Assembly (NCBI GenBank): GCA_951406725.2
Contig: OX597817.1
Coordinates: 155,682,001-155,746,000 of the forward strand
Direction of reading: 5' to 3'
Origin: Octopus vulgaris
Taxonomy: Eukaryota
DNA: 64,000 nt
Shown here piece after piece: positions 37,523 through 50,574 of the stretch (positions are counted from its first letter, which is position 1; every line of letters begins with the position of its first letter). The position numbers and the translations under genes were made by a program. The notes under the pieces are model-generated. The model saw nothing but the letters and a program-made list of their open reading frames with translations, searched no databases and was not told the DNA's origin.

Positions 37523-38470
37523 ATATATATATATATATAAATTAAATTAGAGATAAAACCACTATTAGGCAAATCATTTATACTGTGAAATTTGATTTAA
37601 TCCTAAATCTAATTTTTCCCTGTAAGTTTGGATTTACTCCCTAATATTATTAAATATATATATATATATATATATGACAGGCTTCTTTTAGGTTCCATCA
37701 ACCAAATCCACTCACAAGGCTTTAGTTAGTTTAAGGCTAAAGTAGAAGACACTTGTCCAATGTTCCACACAATGGGATTGAACCCAGAACCATGTGAGTG
37801 GAAAGCAAACTTCTTACCACACATCCATGCCTAAGTTCTATAATTTATTACCACTTTTATCACTTTCACACTAACCTCCCTTTTTTGTATTGCTAGGAGA
37901 AATATGAATAAAAAAAAAAGGAGCAGTTTGTTGTACTAGAAATGGTAGTCAAATCTCTCTCCAGTCACACCATTAAAAAAAAAATCAGAGGACACATTGA
38001 ATTATGCAGTCCAAGATTGTATTCCCACTACAACTGAATAAAAGATGGTGAGGATCATGGCTAGATTGTCCTTCATCAAAGGCATATTCAATCAGTGTTC
38101 AACAAACAACAGGAACAATGGGAACACTTTCCTTCTCTTTATTTTCCATTCTTTTTTTTTTCCTCTTTTTTTTTCCTCCTCCTCTCCCGCCACTAGTAGT
38201 AATAGGATCAAGTCAAACAAAGATACAAAGTAAAAAAAAACAGAAGAAAAAAACAAAACAAATGATAAATAAAACAAAAATTCTTTGAATGAGAATAGCC
38301 AATCCTGCTGTTAATGAAAATATTTAAGTGGTAACATTCTTGTGGGATGGATATATCTAAGTGGTTATTTACATGAGAATGAATTACTTATGCCTTTACC
38401 ATCAACATCACACACACACATAGGCAAAATAATAATAATAGTAATAGTAATAATAATAATATTAATAATA

Positions 38471-38526
<56 letters not shown>

Positions 38527-38545
38527 GGTGGTGATGATGATGATG

Positions 38546-39097
38546 ATGGCTCTGATGCAGTACCAGGCACTGGCTCTCATGTCTTCTGATCTTAACTGAT
38601 TGGAAGTGTTATCATGTACGTTGTTTTTTCTTGGTATAAAAGATGGGCTACAGCAAATATTCTGCTCAATACCACAGATTTGCTTGTCAGTTGTTTGACC
38701 TTAACCAGTTGCGCATGACCCTTAGAGGCTGATGATATGTGCATCTCTGATCACGAGCAGAAGTAGTGGGGGAGCATCATAGCCATGTGTTGAGAGGGAT
38801 TCTTTGGGGTTTGAATAATTCACCTCTGGAAACATAGGTGTTTTGTTCAACATCTTTAAACAACCCTTATTCAGGTACCTTCTGAGTGGAATGGCTTCTC
38901 GACCAGAAGAAAATTCTAACTGGGCCCCACCTGCAAGGTCATGTGCTGTTTATCTTGATATGAGATCATCATGTCTTGCACATATGGTTGTGATGCATGT
39001 GCCTGGTGTACCCTTATCAGTCGGGTGGTGATGCTGGGTATACTGGGCTTCATATATTTTACCCCAGTGTCACTTTGATGGCATGCACTGCTCTCTC
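38546..39097. mobile_element. ~550-bp non-coding interspersed repeat flanked by (AAT)n
   Basis: Colinear copy at 52780-53335. Confidence 0.85.
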
Positions 39098-39147
<50 letters not shown>

Positions 39148-39214
39148 TAATAATGATTTCATTTATTTGCCACAAAATAACAACAAAAATAATAATTATT
39201 ATCAAAACTCAACT

Positions 39215-40695
39215 CAAGGAATCTTGTGATTGCCATCAACACATGGGCTGTTGCTGTAGTCCACTATAGTGCACCTATCCTGAAGGGTAAAGGTGGTCGT
39301 GGGCTGATTAGCATACAGGAGTGCATCAACAGGGAAAAAAGAAACCTGGCAGAATATTTGGTAAACAGCAAACAAGACCTGCTACAGTATGCTGCTAATG
39401 CAGAAGGATTTATCAAAAATGGACTTGAGAGTGCTCGTGAATTCTGATTGTGAACAGCCAATGAGAGAGAAGAAACCTTGCTCCACATGGAATTACATGG
39501 TTAGTTCCACCGAGAAACTAACAAATTAAAAGCCCAGGAAGCGTCATGGGGGTGGCTCAGCAAGGGTGACCTAAAAAGCAATACTGAAAGCCTAATCATC
39601 ACTGCCCAAGATCAGGTATTGAATATCAACTCAGTACCAGCGTCACCTTACTGGCACTTGTGCCGGTGGCATAGGAAAATACATTCAAGCGGGTCGTTGC
39701 CAGTGCTGCTGGACTGGCTCCTGTGTAAGTGGCATGTAAAAAAACACCATTTGAGCGTGGCCATTGCCAGTACTGCCTGATTGGCCCTCGTTCTGTTGGC
39801 GCATAAAAGCACCCACTACACTCTCGGAGTGGTTGGCATTAGGAAGGGCATCCAGATGTAGAAATTCAGCCAGATCAAGATTGGAGCCTAGTGCAGCCAT
39901 CTGGTTCACCAGTCCTCAGTCTAATCGTCCAACCCATGCTAGCATGGAAAGCGAATGTTAAACAATGATGATGATGATCTTGATGATGATTAAAAGGGAT
40001 ATATACCATACAAGTTCAATAAATCTCTGCAGAATGTGTGGGAAGAGGGTCAAAAGTGTGACTCACATTGTTAGTGCTTGTGAAAGTCTTGCAGAGAAAG
40101 AGTACAAGAGCAGACACAACAAGTTAGCCCAAAACCTTCACTGGCTACTATGCTGGAAGTATGGATATGAGGCAATAGGTGCCTGGTACCAACATACACT
40201 GGAAAAGGTAATGGATGAAAGGGGGAAGGCAAAAATCCTCTGGGATTTTGACTTCCAGACAGAAAAGATATTAGAGCACCAATGGCCAGATATAGTGACC
40301 TTTAGGAGGGACAAACAAATGTGCTTAATAATCGACGTGGCAGTGCCAGGAGATAAGCATATTATCATGGAAGAAAGAAAAAAGACTGATAAATATGGAG
40401 ACCTGAGAATTGAGATCACTAAGATGTAGCTGCTATGAGAGTCAAACATAAAGGTTGTGCCTATTGTCATTGGAGCACTGGGTTCAATACCACCCAACCT
40501 GAAAAAACATCTGGAAACTTTAGAAATACCCTGCAATTAGGTATATTGCAAAAGTTGGCATTACTTGGAACTGCATTCATATTGCGTAAAGTACTGTCTG
40601 TTTGAGGTACTTATTGTGATTTGACAGACAGTAAAAAACCCCGAGTACACACAGTATCCTTAATCAACAGCATATCAATACTGTGCAACATCTTA
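39215..40695 (+). mobile_element. R4/Dong-like non-LTR element (RLE), truncated, with nested RTE 3' end at 39636-39990
   Basis: GGRGL; AQDQ; CRMC-x8-H-x4-C knuckle; RHN; ILWDF..PDIV..LIIDVAVP; KxxKY. Confidence 0.85.
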
Positions 40696-40735
<40 letters not shown>

Positions 40736-40736
40736 T

Positions 40737-40962
40737 ATTTCTTTACTACCAACAAGGGGCTAAATACAGAGGGGACAAACAAGGACAAATGGATTAAGTC
40801 GATTACATCAACCCCAGTGCGTAACTGGTACTTAATTTATCGACCCCGAAAGGATGAAAGGCAAATTCGACCTCGGTGGAATTTGAACTCAGAATGTAAC
40901 GGCAGACGAAATACAGCTACGTATTTCGCCCGGCATGCTAACGTTTCTGCCAGCTCACCGCC
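40737..40962 (-). mobile_element. SINE-B1 full length (a B2-type copy follows at ~40980-41180)
   Basis: Matches 7127-7357. Confidence 0.85.
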
Positions 40963-41329
40963 TAATAATAATAATAATCCTTTCTACTATAGACACAAGG
41001 TCTGATATTTGTGGGGAGGGGGCTAGCTAGTTGATTATATCAACCCCATTGTATGTAACTGGTACTTATTTCATCGACCCCAAAAGGATGAAATGCAAAG
41101 TCGACCTCGGCGGAATTTGAACTCAGGACGTAAGGATAGACAAAATGCTGCTAAGTATTTTGCCTGGCATTCAAACGATTAGAACAGTGGATGAGGGGTC
41201 AATACAAAGATAGATATAAAGTGAAGGGATTTACAGAGAATGGAATGATTTTAAAAAAAAGTATACATTGTATACAAAATTAACATAAGCCATGAAAGTG
41301 AGTATACATGGTATGAAATAAATGAAAAA

Positions 41330-41570
41330 GATAAAGATCCTTTCTGAGTTACGTAGACACAAAGGACCAGTTTCCCACTTTTCATGGAGTAGATATTCCC
41401 CACCTGGATGGGATGCTAGTCCATCATAGGATTTTTGTCTGCTGAGTGGGCTGGAGCAACATGAAATGAAGTGTTTTACTAAGGAACACACAATGTGTTG
41501 CCTGGACCAGGAATCAAACCCACAATCTTGTGATCATGAGTCCAACACCCTAACCACTAAGACACGTGCC
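41330..41570 (-). mobile_element. Third tRNA-derived SINE family
   Basis: CTTAGTGGTTAGG A-box-like, GGTTTGATTCC B-box; relatives at 46190-46390 and 61295-61515. Confidence 0.65.
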
Positions 41571-41879
41571 ATATTTATGGTATATGCCATAAAAATTGAT
41601 AAATAAAAATAAATAAATAAATGATGATGATGATGATGGATGATGCAGTCCTCTTGAGAGTGGAAGACTTCTGTGACTAATTGAGGAAGATTACAAACAC
41701 AAAAGCATGTGGGGTTAACATCAATCAAGAGGAGATACAACCATATTAAAGGATATAACAGAGGATATATAATAGAAACTAGAGAAATAAATAATAAATA
41801 AATAGAATCCCCAATAGCAGGGCAGTCCACTTAGGGTAATCTGGGGTCAAACCCACACAAAGATCCTGGATTATAGTCT

Positions 41880-43790
41880 AGTCACACATATAGTTAACTT
41901 GGTGATACATGGAGTCATACCCAATGACTGGTGCAGCAGCACCATAGTCAACTGCTACAAAGGTAAAGGTGACACATTAGATAGAAATAATTACAGAGGT
42001 ATCAAATTGTTGGGTCAGGTGAGGAAAGTCATAGAGAGGATCATAGCCTAACTAATTAGGGAGAGAGTTAGTTTAGATGAGATGCAGTTTGGGTCTATGC
42101 CAGGGAGAAGCACCATTGATGCTACACTTCTGGTAAGGTAACTGTGGGAAAAATTCCTAGCCAAAGATACACCTCTATGCTTGGCTTTTGTTGACATGGA
42201 GAAAACCTTTCACAGGGTCCCTCGATCCTTTATCTGATGGTCAATGCAGAAACTAGGGATAGATGAGTGGTTGGTGAGAGCTGTACAAGGATGTTGTCAG
42301 TAAGGTGGGGGTTGGCAATAAGTATAATGAAGAATTCCTGGTAGAAGTAGGGGTTCACCAAGAATCAGTCCTCAGGCCCTCTTGTTCATCATAGTCCTCC
42401 AGGCAATAACAGAGGAACTCAAGACTGGCTGCCACTGGGAGCTCCTCTATGCTGATGACCTTGCTCTAATAGCTGAGTCACTACCAGAATTAGAGAAGAT
42501 TCAGGTGTGGAAATAAGGTCTAGAATTGAAAGATCTTAAAGTTAACCTAGCAAAACCAAAGTCTTAGTAAGTAGGAAGGCAGACATATCACAAATCCCTT
42601 CGGGTAGATGGCCTTGCTCAATCTGTAGAAAAGGCATAGGTAGAAACTCCATAAGATGTACCTGGAGTAAGCTATGGACACATAAGAGGTGCAGCAATAT
42701 CAAAGGAAGGTTAACTTGGAAGATAGTTTTTGTGTGTGGCAGATGCATAGGTGCAATAAACATCGAAGATATACGGAAAACAGATTCCATCACATGCCAG
42801 GGATAAAAACTAGAAGTAGTTGATAGCTTCTGTTAGCAAGGTGACCAAGTCAGTAGTGGGGATGGATGCTCTGAGAGTGTAGCTGCTAGAATAAGAATAG
42901 CCTGGGCAAAGTTCAGAGAGCTTCTACCTCTGCTGGTGACAAAAGGCCTTTTGCATAGAGTGAAAAGTAAACTATATGATGCCTGTATGCAAACAGCCAT
43001 GCAGTGAAACATGGGCTGTGACTGCTGAGGACAAGTGTAGGCTTGAAAGAAATGAAGCTAGTATGCTCCACTGAATGTGTAATGTCAGTGGGTATACATG
43101 ACAGAGTGTAAGCATCCTGGGAGAAAAGTTGGACATAAGAAGCATCAGAAGTGGTGTGCTAGAGAAACGACTGCACTGGTATGATCATGTGTTGCATATG
43201 GATGAGGACAGCTGCGTGAAGAAGTGTCACACCCTAAAAGTAGGGGGAATCTGTGGAAGAGGTAGACCCAAGAAGATATGAGATGAGTTGGCGAAGCACG
43301 ACCTTCGAATGTTGGGCCTCACAGAGGCAATTATAAGCAAGTGAAACCTTTGGAAATATGCTTTGCTTGAGAAGACCTGGCCAGCCAAGTGAGATTGTAG
43401 TGATGGCCAATGCCAGTGTCATATAACTGGCCCATTTAAAAGCACCCTCCAATCATCAGGTAATATGCCATGCTTGTGAAGACCTGTTGAACCAAGTGAA
43501 ATCAGTTGTGTTCAATGCCAGTGCTACCCGACTGGCACCCATGATGGTGGCACGTAAAAAGCACCATTCAAGCATGGCTGATGCCATTCTCCCAGTGGCA
43601 TGTAAAAAGCAAAATTTGAGTATGGCCAATGCCAGTGCCACCTGACTGGCACTCCTCCCAGTGGCATGTAAAAAGCAAAATTTGAGTATGGCCAATGCCA
43701 GTGCCACCTGACTGGCACTCCTCCCAGTGGCATGTAAAAAGCAAAATTTGAGCGTGGCCAATGCCAGTACCAGAGCCAGCCGAGCCCAGG
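41880..43790 (+). mobile_element. RTE-clade LINE: disrupted RT domain, C-terminus and 3'UTR
   Basis: IPNDW..KGKGD..NYRGIKLL, QFG, AFVDMEK, YADD (42448-42459); stops and frameshifts. Confidence 0.9.
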
Positions 43791-43846
43791 ACTCATGTCA
43801 GGCAGGGTCGTCACTCCCTGAAGTAGTGAAGAAAATCACCACCCAC

Positions 43847-43889
<43 letters not shown>

Positions 43890-43890
<1 letters not shown>

Positions 43891-44107
43891 GCTTCAAAGT
43901 TTGGCACAAGGCCAGCAATTTCAGGAGACAGAGTAAGTCGATTACATCAACCCCAGTACTTAGTTGGTACTTTGTTTTATTGACCCGAAAAGGATGGAAG
44001 GCAAATTCAACCTGGCTGGAATTGGAACTCAGAACGTTAAAGATGGATGAAATTCCATTAAGCATTTTGCTTCTGGCATGCTAACAATTCTCCCAGCTCA
44101 CTGCCCT
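43890..44107 (-). mobile_element. SINE-B2 (alternative tail ending in (ATT)n)
   Basis: B head and core; further copies ~49075-50515, 53405-53595, 54105-54635, 58795-59455. Confidence 0.75.
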
Positions 44108-44424
44108 ACTAATAATGATAATAATAGTAATCATCCTCATCATCATCGTTTAACGTTCACTTTCCATGCTAGCATGCGTTGGACGATTTGACTGAGGTCT
44201 GACGAACCAGATGGCTGCACCAGACTTCAATCTGATCTGGCAGAGTTTCTACAGCTGGATGCCCTTCCTAACGCCAACCACTCCGAGAGTGTAGTGAGTG
44301 CTTTTATGTGCCACCAGCATGAGGGCCAAGGACCTTTCTGGACAAAAGGATATCATTATCATCAGCATCATCATCATTCTTCTTATTATTACTATTAATG
44401 ATAATAATAGTAATAATAAGAAGA

Positions 44425-44456
<32 letters not shown>

Positions 44457-44582
44457 ATCCTTTTGTCCAGAAAGGTCCTGAATAATGAGGACAGTACAGA
44501 GGCAAGATACAAAGAGAGAAAGTGAAAAAGAATAGAAAGAAAAAGAGCAAGAAGCAATGGGGTTATATTTAGTTATATTGAG

Positions 44583-45021
44583 TAAAAAACACCATCCGAG
44601 CGTGACCGTTCGCCAGCCTCATCTGGCACCTGTGTCGGTGGCACATAAAAAAACACCATCCGAGTGTGGCTGTTCGCCAGCCTTGTCTGGCACCTGTGTC
44701 GGTGGAACATAAAAAAACACCATCCGAGCATGGCTGTTCACCAGCCTCGTCTGGCACCTGTGTTGGTGGCACATAAAAAAACACCATCTGAGCGTGGCTG
44801 TTCGCCAGCCTCGTCTGGCACCTGTGTCGGTGGCACATAAAAAGCACCCACTACACTCACGGAGTGGTTGGCGTTAGGAAGGGCATCCAGCTGTAGAAAC
44901 ACTGCCAGATCTGACTGGCCTGGTGCAGCCTTCTGGCTTCCCAGACCCCAGTTGAACCGTCCAACCCATGCTAGCATGGAAAGCGGACGTTAAACGATGA
45001 TGATGATGATGATGATGATGA
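44583..45021 (+). mobile_element. RTE 3' end with four ~64-bp tandem units
   Basis: Units at 44583, 44646, 44710, 44774. Confidence 0.9.
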
Positions 45022-45470
45022 GTAAAAGTATAACATTAAATAACATTAAAGACATGTTATATATATATATACACACATATATATATATATATACTATATA
45101 TATATAGCATATATATATCTGAATATATATATATATAACATTATTGGTGAATTGAAGGGTACTGCACACAGCTGTATTTCATTCTACACGTGTTTCGAAA
45201 GGCACAGTTTCGCCATGGGCTCTTAGGAGCATAGTTCGATTTGTTTTTGCTCCGCCTCATGCATAACATTTACGTCTTCCTCTCCGCTCTTACCTACCTC
45301 TTCAAGTAGCACTTGAAGAAGATGATTAGTGCTTGTTGTCAGTGGACACTAGAAAAAAAATAGTAAGAATACTAATGATAATGACAATAAAAAAGAAATT
45401 AGGGCACGTGTGTGTGTGTATTTATATGTATGTATATATATATATATGTATATATATATATGCACATATA

Positions 45471-45558
<88 letters not shown>

Positions 45559-45560
<2 letters not shown>

Positions 45561-45879
45561 CATTATTGTGAATTGAAGAAATGGAGCTGAACGCAGATTG
45601 AACAGAAATCGTTTTATTTCATTCTACACGTGTTTCGAAAGGCACAGTTTCGCCATGGGCTCTTAGGAGCATAGTTCGATTTGTTTTTGCTCCGCCTCTG
45701 TTCTGTTTTGTTTTTCCAACGGATTTCCTATTTTCTTCCTGAAGAGAAAGACACAATATGGTCCCATTATTCCATCGGATTTTGGTAATTTGTGCCTTTC
45801 GAAACACGTGTAGAATGAAATAAAACGATTTCTGTTCAATCTGCGTTCAGCTCCATTTCTTCAATTCACCAATAATGTT
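45559..45879. repeat. Near-perfect 88-bp inverted repeat
   Basis: 45559-45646 vs 45791-45879, one indel. Confidence 0.95.
45736..45815 (+). ncRNA. Type I hammerhead ribozyme, intact core
   Basis: TTC-CTGAAGA-GAAAGACACAA..TTGTGCCTTTC-GAAAC-ACGT-GTA-GAA. Confidence 0.75.
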
Positions 45880-46029
45880 CTAATTTCAATTATCCGCACC
45901 AACGCACGGTTGCAACACCATATGGTTGTACCTCCAACCGTGCTGTTTTACTGCTGTGATTTTTGCTACTAAGGTATCGGTTAAACTTTTGATTAATCTA
46001 CTACAAGTTTATTCATCTTTCTATTTCAC

Positions 46030-46068
<39 letters not shown>

Positions 46069-46445
46069 ATTTATATGTGTGTATGTATGTATGTATGTAT
46101 GTATATATATATATATGAATGTATATATATATTTACATGTGTGTGTGTGTGTATATATATATATATAGAGAGAGAGAGAGAAAGAAAGAGAACATGTGGG
46201 TTTGTGGTTAGGGAATTTGGCTCACGTGAGCTTCAATCCCGGAGATGCGTTGTGTCCTTGAGCAAGACACTTTATTTCACATTGCTCCAGTCCACTCAGC
46301 TGGCATAAGTGAGAATACTCTTATCTAAGATGGAGATGAGTACCAAGACTGCCATGTGACATGCTAGAACAATTGTGGAGTCCTCTTCACAGGAAACCAT
46401 TGGTTGCCTTGTTAATCTACAAATAACAAACACACATTTGCATAT

Positions 46446-46483
<38 letters not shown>

Positions 46484-46743
46484 TGTATGTATGTATGTAT
46501 GTATGTATGTATGTATGTACCCTTGGGCCGATAACTGATGAGGAATTAGGGCCCTTTGTTGTCTGTTTTCTGTCTGCTGTGCACTTGATATATGTTCTGT
46601 TTATCTGTACATTTAATATATAATTTTTAATTTGCCATTCTGTGTGTTTTTCGTTTATGCGTTTACTATACATTTTTTCCCTTATTAAGTAATGAAACGC
46701 AACACACTCAGTTTTTTATTAACAGTTGGTTATTTATATATAT

Positions 46744-46967
46744 CGAGCTGGCAGAATCGTTAGCACGCCGGGCAACCTGCGTAGCCGTATTTCGTCTGCC
46801 GTTACGTTCTGAGTTCAAATTCCGCCGAGGTCGACTTGGCCTTTCATCCTCTCGGTGTCGATAAATAAAGTACCAGTTTCGCACTGGGTCGATGTAATCG
46901 ACTTAATCCCTTTGTCTGCCCTTGTTTGTCCCCTCTATGTTTAGCCCCTTGAGGGCAGTAAAGAAAT
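46744..46967 (+). mobile_element. SINE-B1 full length
   Basis: Matches 7127-7357. Confidence 0.85.
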
Positions 46968-47490
46968 ATATATATATATATCCATGCAACTTCTATTTCT
47001 ATCCTTTCTTCTTTCTCCTTTTTCTTTCCCCATTTCTTCCTTTCTCTCTCTCTCTCTCGCCCCTCCTCTCTCTCTCTCCTCTCCCCCCTCTCCCCCCCCT
47101 CTCTCACTGTTTCACTTGCCCTGTTTCTCCTCTGCCTTCTATGTCTCTCTCTGCCTGCTGGTGAACCCTGGTCAGTTGGTTTTTCTTTGTCCCTCTCTTT
47201 TTTTTTTACACTGGTCCCTGAGGTGAACTTCACTGCTCTCCACTTCAGTGTGTCTCACTGTTTCTGTTTCTAATCCTTTAAATATTTCCATCTAAGTTTT
47301 ACCCATGCTTCATCTTCATCTAGCCTTAAGGCTGCATTCTGTTTGTTTTTATTTATTTCATCTTTGTCCTTTGTGCACCGACTTGAATTACATTTATTCA
47401 TTTTCCTACGTCTACTTCTGTATTGCTTGTTATCCACATATTGTTTACCACACAGCCACGACATAATGCCAAAGGTCTCAGTCATTGCCT

Positions 47491-47970
47491 CCCTCTCTGG
47501 TCAATCTCTCATCAACTTCTTCAAGTATCACTTGAAAAGGAAAGTGAAAGTAGAGAGGCAAGTTTTGTCTAGCGAATGTTTCAAAAAAAGATGGGTGAAT
47601 GTAGCAAGGATGGCACGTATGAATGACGAAGCCACCTTGAGCATAGTTCTATGAACCTGGAAAAATATTAAACAGAGAGTTACTTACTTGCAAATAAATG
47701 TGTTAATATGTGACATTATTGACCGAGAGGTTACCATGGTGTTTTCTGTAGGCTTTTCTTTCTACGGATAAACCTTATACTTTACATCATGACATTTCTG
47801 CGATACACGGTTCCTAGTCATCGTTTTTTTTTCCCTTTTTTTCTTTCCTTTTCACGATACCTTTTGATTGAAAACCTACCCCACTTTTTTTTTCTCCCCA
47901 AAAAGAAAAGCTCTACTTTGTAATTTGTCCCATCTGTGTTCAGCCCTGTGTGGCTAATAAAGAAACATAT
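47491..47970 (+). mobile_element. LINE 3' end, probably Tx1/L1-like
   Basis: LINFFKYHLKRKVKVER..FKKRW..* (stop 47654), pyrimidine-rich UTR, AATAAA. Confidence 0.55.
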
Positions 47971-48146
47971 ATATATATACTTCATTAATAAAGCTGCAAA
48001 GATATCTCAGAAACTGTTACACAGAGTTTCATATTCTTGTTCTTTGGACAGTTTTTGTTATTCATATCTATATATGTGTGTGTGTGTGTATGTGTGTGTG
48101 TGTGTGTGTATGTGTGTGTGTGTGTGTGTATGTATATATATATGTT

Positions 48147-48181
<35 letters not shown>

Positions 48182-48244
48182 TGGTATATATATATATATA
48201 TATATATACATATACACACATACACACACATATATATATATGTT

Positions 48245-48291
<47 letters not shown>

Positions 48292-48660
48292 ATATGTATA
48301 TATATATATAAATATATATGTATATTTATACTTACACAAATACAATATATAGGAAACAATATTATGAGGCACTGCACTTGTATTATGTTGAGTACTTTCA
48401 TGACATCAACAGAAAAGCTGAAAACAAGATAAAAAACAGCATGTATCTAAAGCAAACAGAGCTTGGCTTAATTGTTTAATAAAAGCATGCAATTAGAAAA
48501 AAGGAAGCCAATTGCAAAAATAATATAAATAACTTTCCTACAAAGGCAATAAGCCTCAGTCGATAATGTGAACCCCAGTGCATCCTTCTGGTGTTTTATT
48601 TCATTGACACTGGAAGGATGAATGTCATTAGTAATAACAACAATAGTAACAATAGTAATA

Positions 48661-49068
48661 AGGAGTGGCTGTGTGGTAAGTAGCTTGTTTACCAACCACA
48701 TGGTTCTGGGTTCAGTCCCACTGTGTGGCACTTTGGGCAAGTGTCTTCTACTATAGCCTTGAGCCAACCAAAGCCTTGTGAGTGGATTCCATAGACGGGA
48801 ACTGAAAGAAGCCCTTCGTATACATGTATCTGTATATATATATATGTGTGTATATGTTTGTGTATCTGTGTTTGTCCTCCCAACATCGCTTGACAATTGA
48901 TGCTGGTGTGTTTACGTCCCTGTAACTTAGCGGTTCAGCAAAAGAGTCCGATAGAATAAGTACTAGGCTTACAAAGAATAAGTCCTGGGGTCGATTTGCT
49001 CAACTAAAGGTGGTGCTCCAACATGGCCACAGTCAAATGACTGAAACAAGTAAAAGAGTAAAAGAGAG
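48661..49068 (+). mobile_element. SINE-A full length
   Basis: Matches other copies. Confidence 0.9.
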
Positions 49069-49619
49069 TATCATTTTCAATTTTGGTACAAGGCCATTAG
49101 GTCTGAGAGGAGAGAAGTTGACTACATCAATTACACTTCATTTATTGACCTTGAATAGATGAAAGGCAAAGTTGACGTCAATAGAATTTGAACTCAGAGC
49201 ATAAAGAGCAGGAAGAAATGCTGCTAAGCATTTTGTCCGACACATGAGAAAATAACAATTTTGCTAGACTCACTACCCTCTTAGGAATAATGCTTTCTGA
49301 TTTCGGAATAAGACACTAATATTCAGATAGTGAGCAAGTTGATTATATTGACCCTAATACTTAATTGGTACTTGTTATAAACCCAAACTCGAATATCAAA
49401 GTTTAAAAGTTTTTAATCGACTAAAAATACAGCAATATACAATACAAACAAAGATTGCGAAATTGTAAGCAAAACCAAACTTGAACGCAATAACATTTTT
49501 TTGCAGCGAGTTGCTACATTCTAGACTAACTAAAATCAACACTGAACATGTCGTCTGCAAACAGAACAGAAGTCCAGGCTGTCACACGGCAGGCATATAG
49601 CAGCAATTGAGACAATCAG

Positions 49620-49890
49620 AATCATCATCATCATCGTTTAACGTCCGCTTTCCATGCTAGCATGGATTGGACGGTTCAACTGGGGTCTGGGAAGCCCGAA
49701 GGCTGCACCAGGCTCCAGTCTGATCTGGCAGAGTTTCTACGGCTGGATGCCCTTCCTAACGCCAACCACTCCGCGAGTGTAGTGGGTGATTTTATGTGCC
49801 ACCAACACAGGTGCCAGACGAGGCTGGCAGACGGCCACGCTCGGATGGTGTTTTTTATGTGCCACCGACACAGGTGCCAGACGAGGCTGG
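49620..49890 (-). mobile_element. RTE 3' end
   Basis: Similarity; others at 25781, 44130, 51436, 61970. Confidence 0.85.
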
Positions 49891-50513
49891 TGATCAAAAC
49901 TAAAATCACTACAGTACTTTATTTTATTGGCCCTCAAAAGGATGAAAGGTAAAGTTGGCCTTGGTGAGATTTGAGCTCAGCACATTAACAGCCAGAAGAA
50001 ATGCCACTAAGCATTTTGTACAATACTCTAATGATTCCGGCTGCTCACCACTTTTATATAATGATTTCAAATTTTGGCACAAGGCCAGTAATTTTGCTGA
50101 GAGGGTACAGGTTGATTAAATCATTTCCAATACTTGATTGGTTCTTTATTTTATCAACCCCAAAAGGAGAAAAAGGCAGAGTTAACCTTGGTGGAGTTTG
50201 AACTTAGAATGTAGGTCCAGAAGAAATATTTGTAATATTTCTTAGAATATAAGTCTTAGAATGTGGGTCCAGATGAAAGCATTTTGTCTAATGTGCTAAA
50301 GATTCTGCCTCCAATTTTAGCACAAGGCTAGCATTTTTGGGGGAGGGGGTTAATCAATTACATCGAATCCAGCTTTTAACTGGTAATTATTCTATTGACC
50401 CCAAACTGATGAAAGCAAAGTCAACCTTGGTGGAATTTGAACTCAGATCATAAAAACAGCTAAAACGTCTCTATGCAGTTAGCCCAATGTGCTAATGATT
50501 CTGAGAGCTCACC

Positions 50514-50565
<52 letters not shown>

Positions 50566-50574
50566 TAATAATAA

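Noticed and set aside
44583-44837. CRISPR-like array
   Set aside because: Head-to-tail units without unique spacers, within a eukaryotic LINE UTR.
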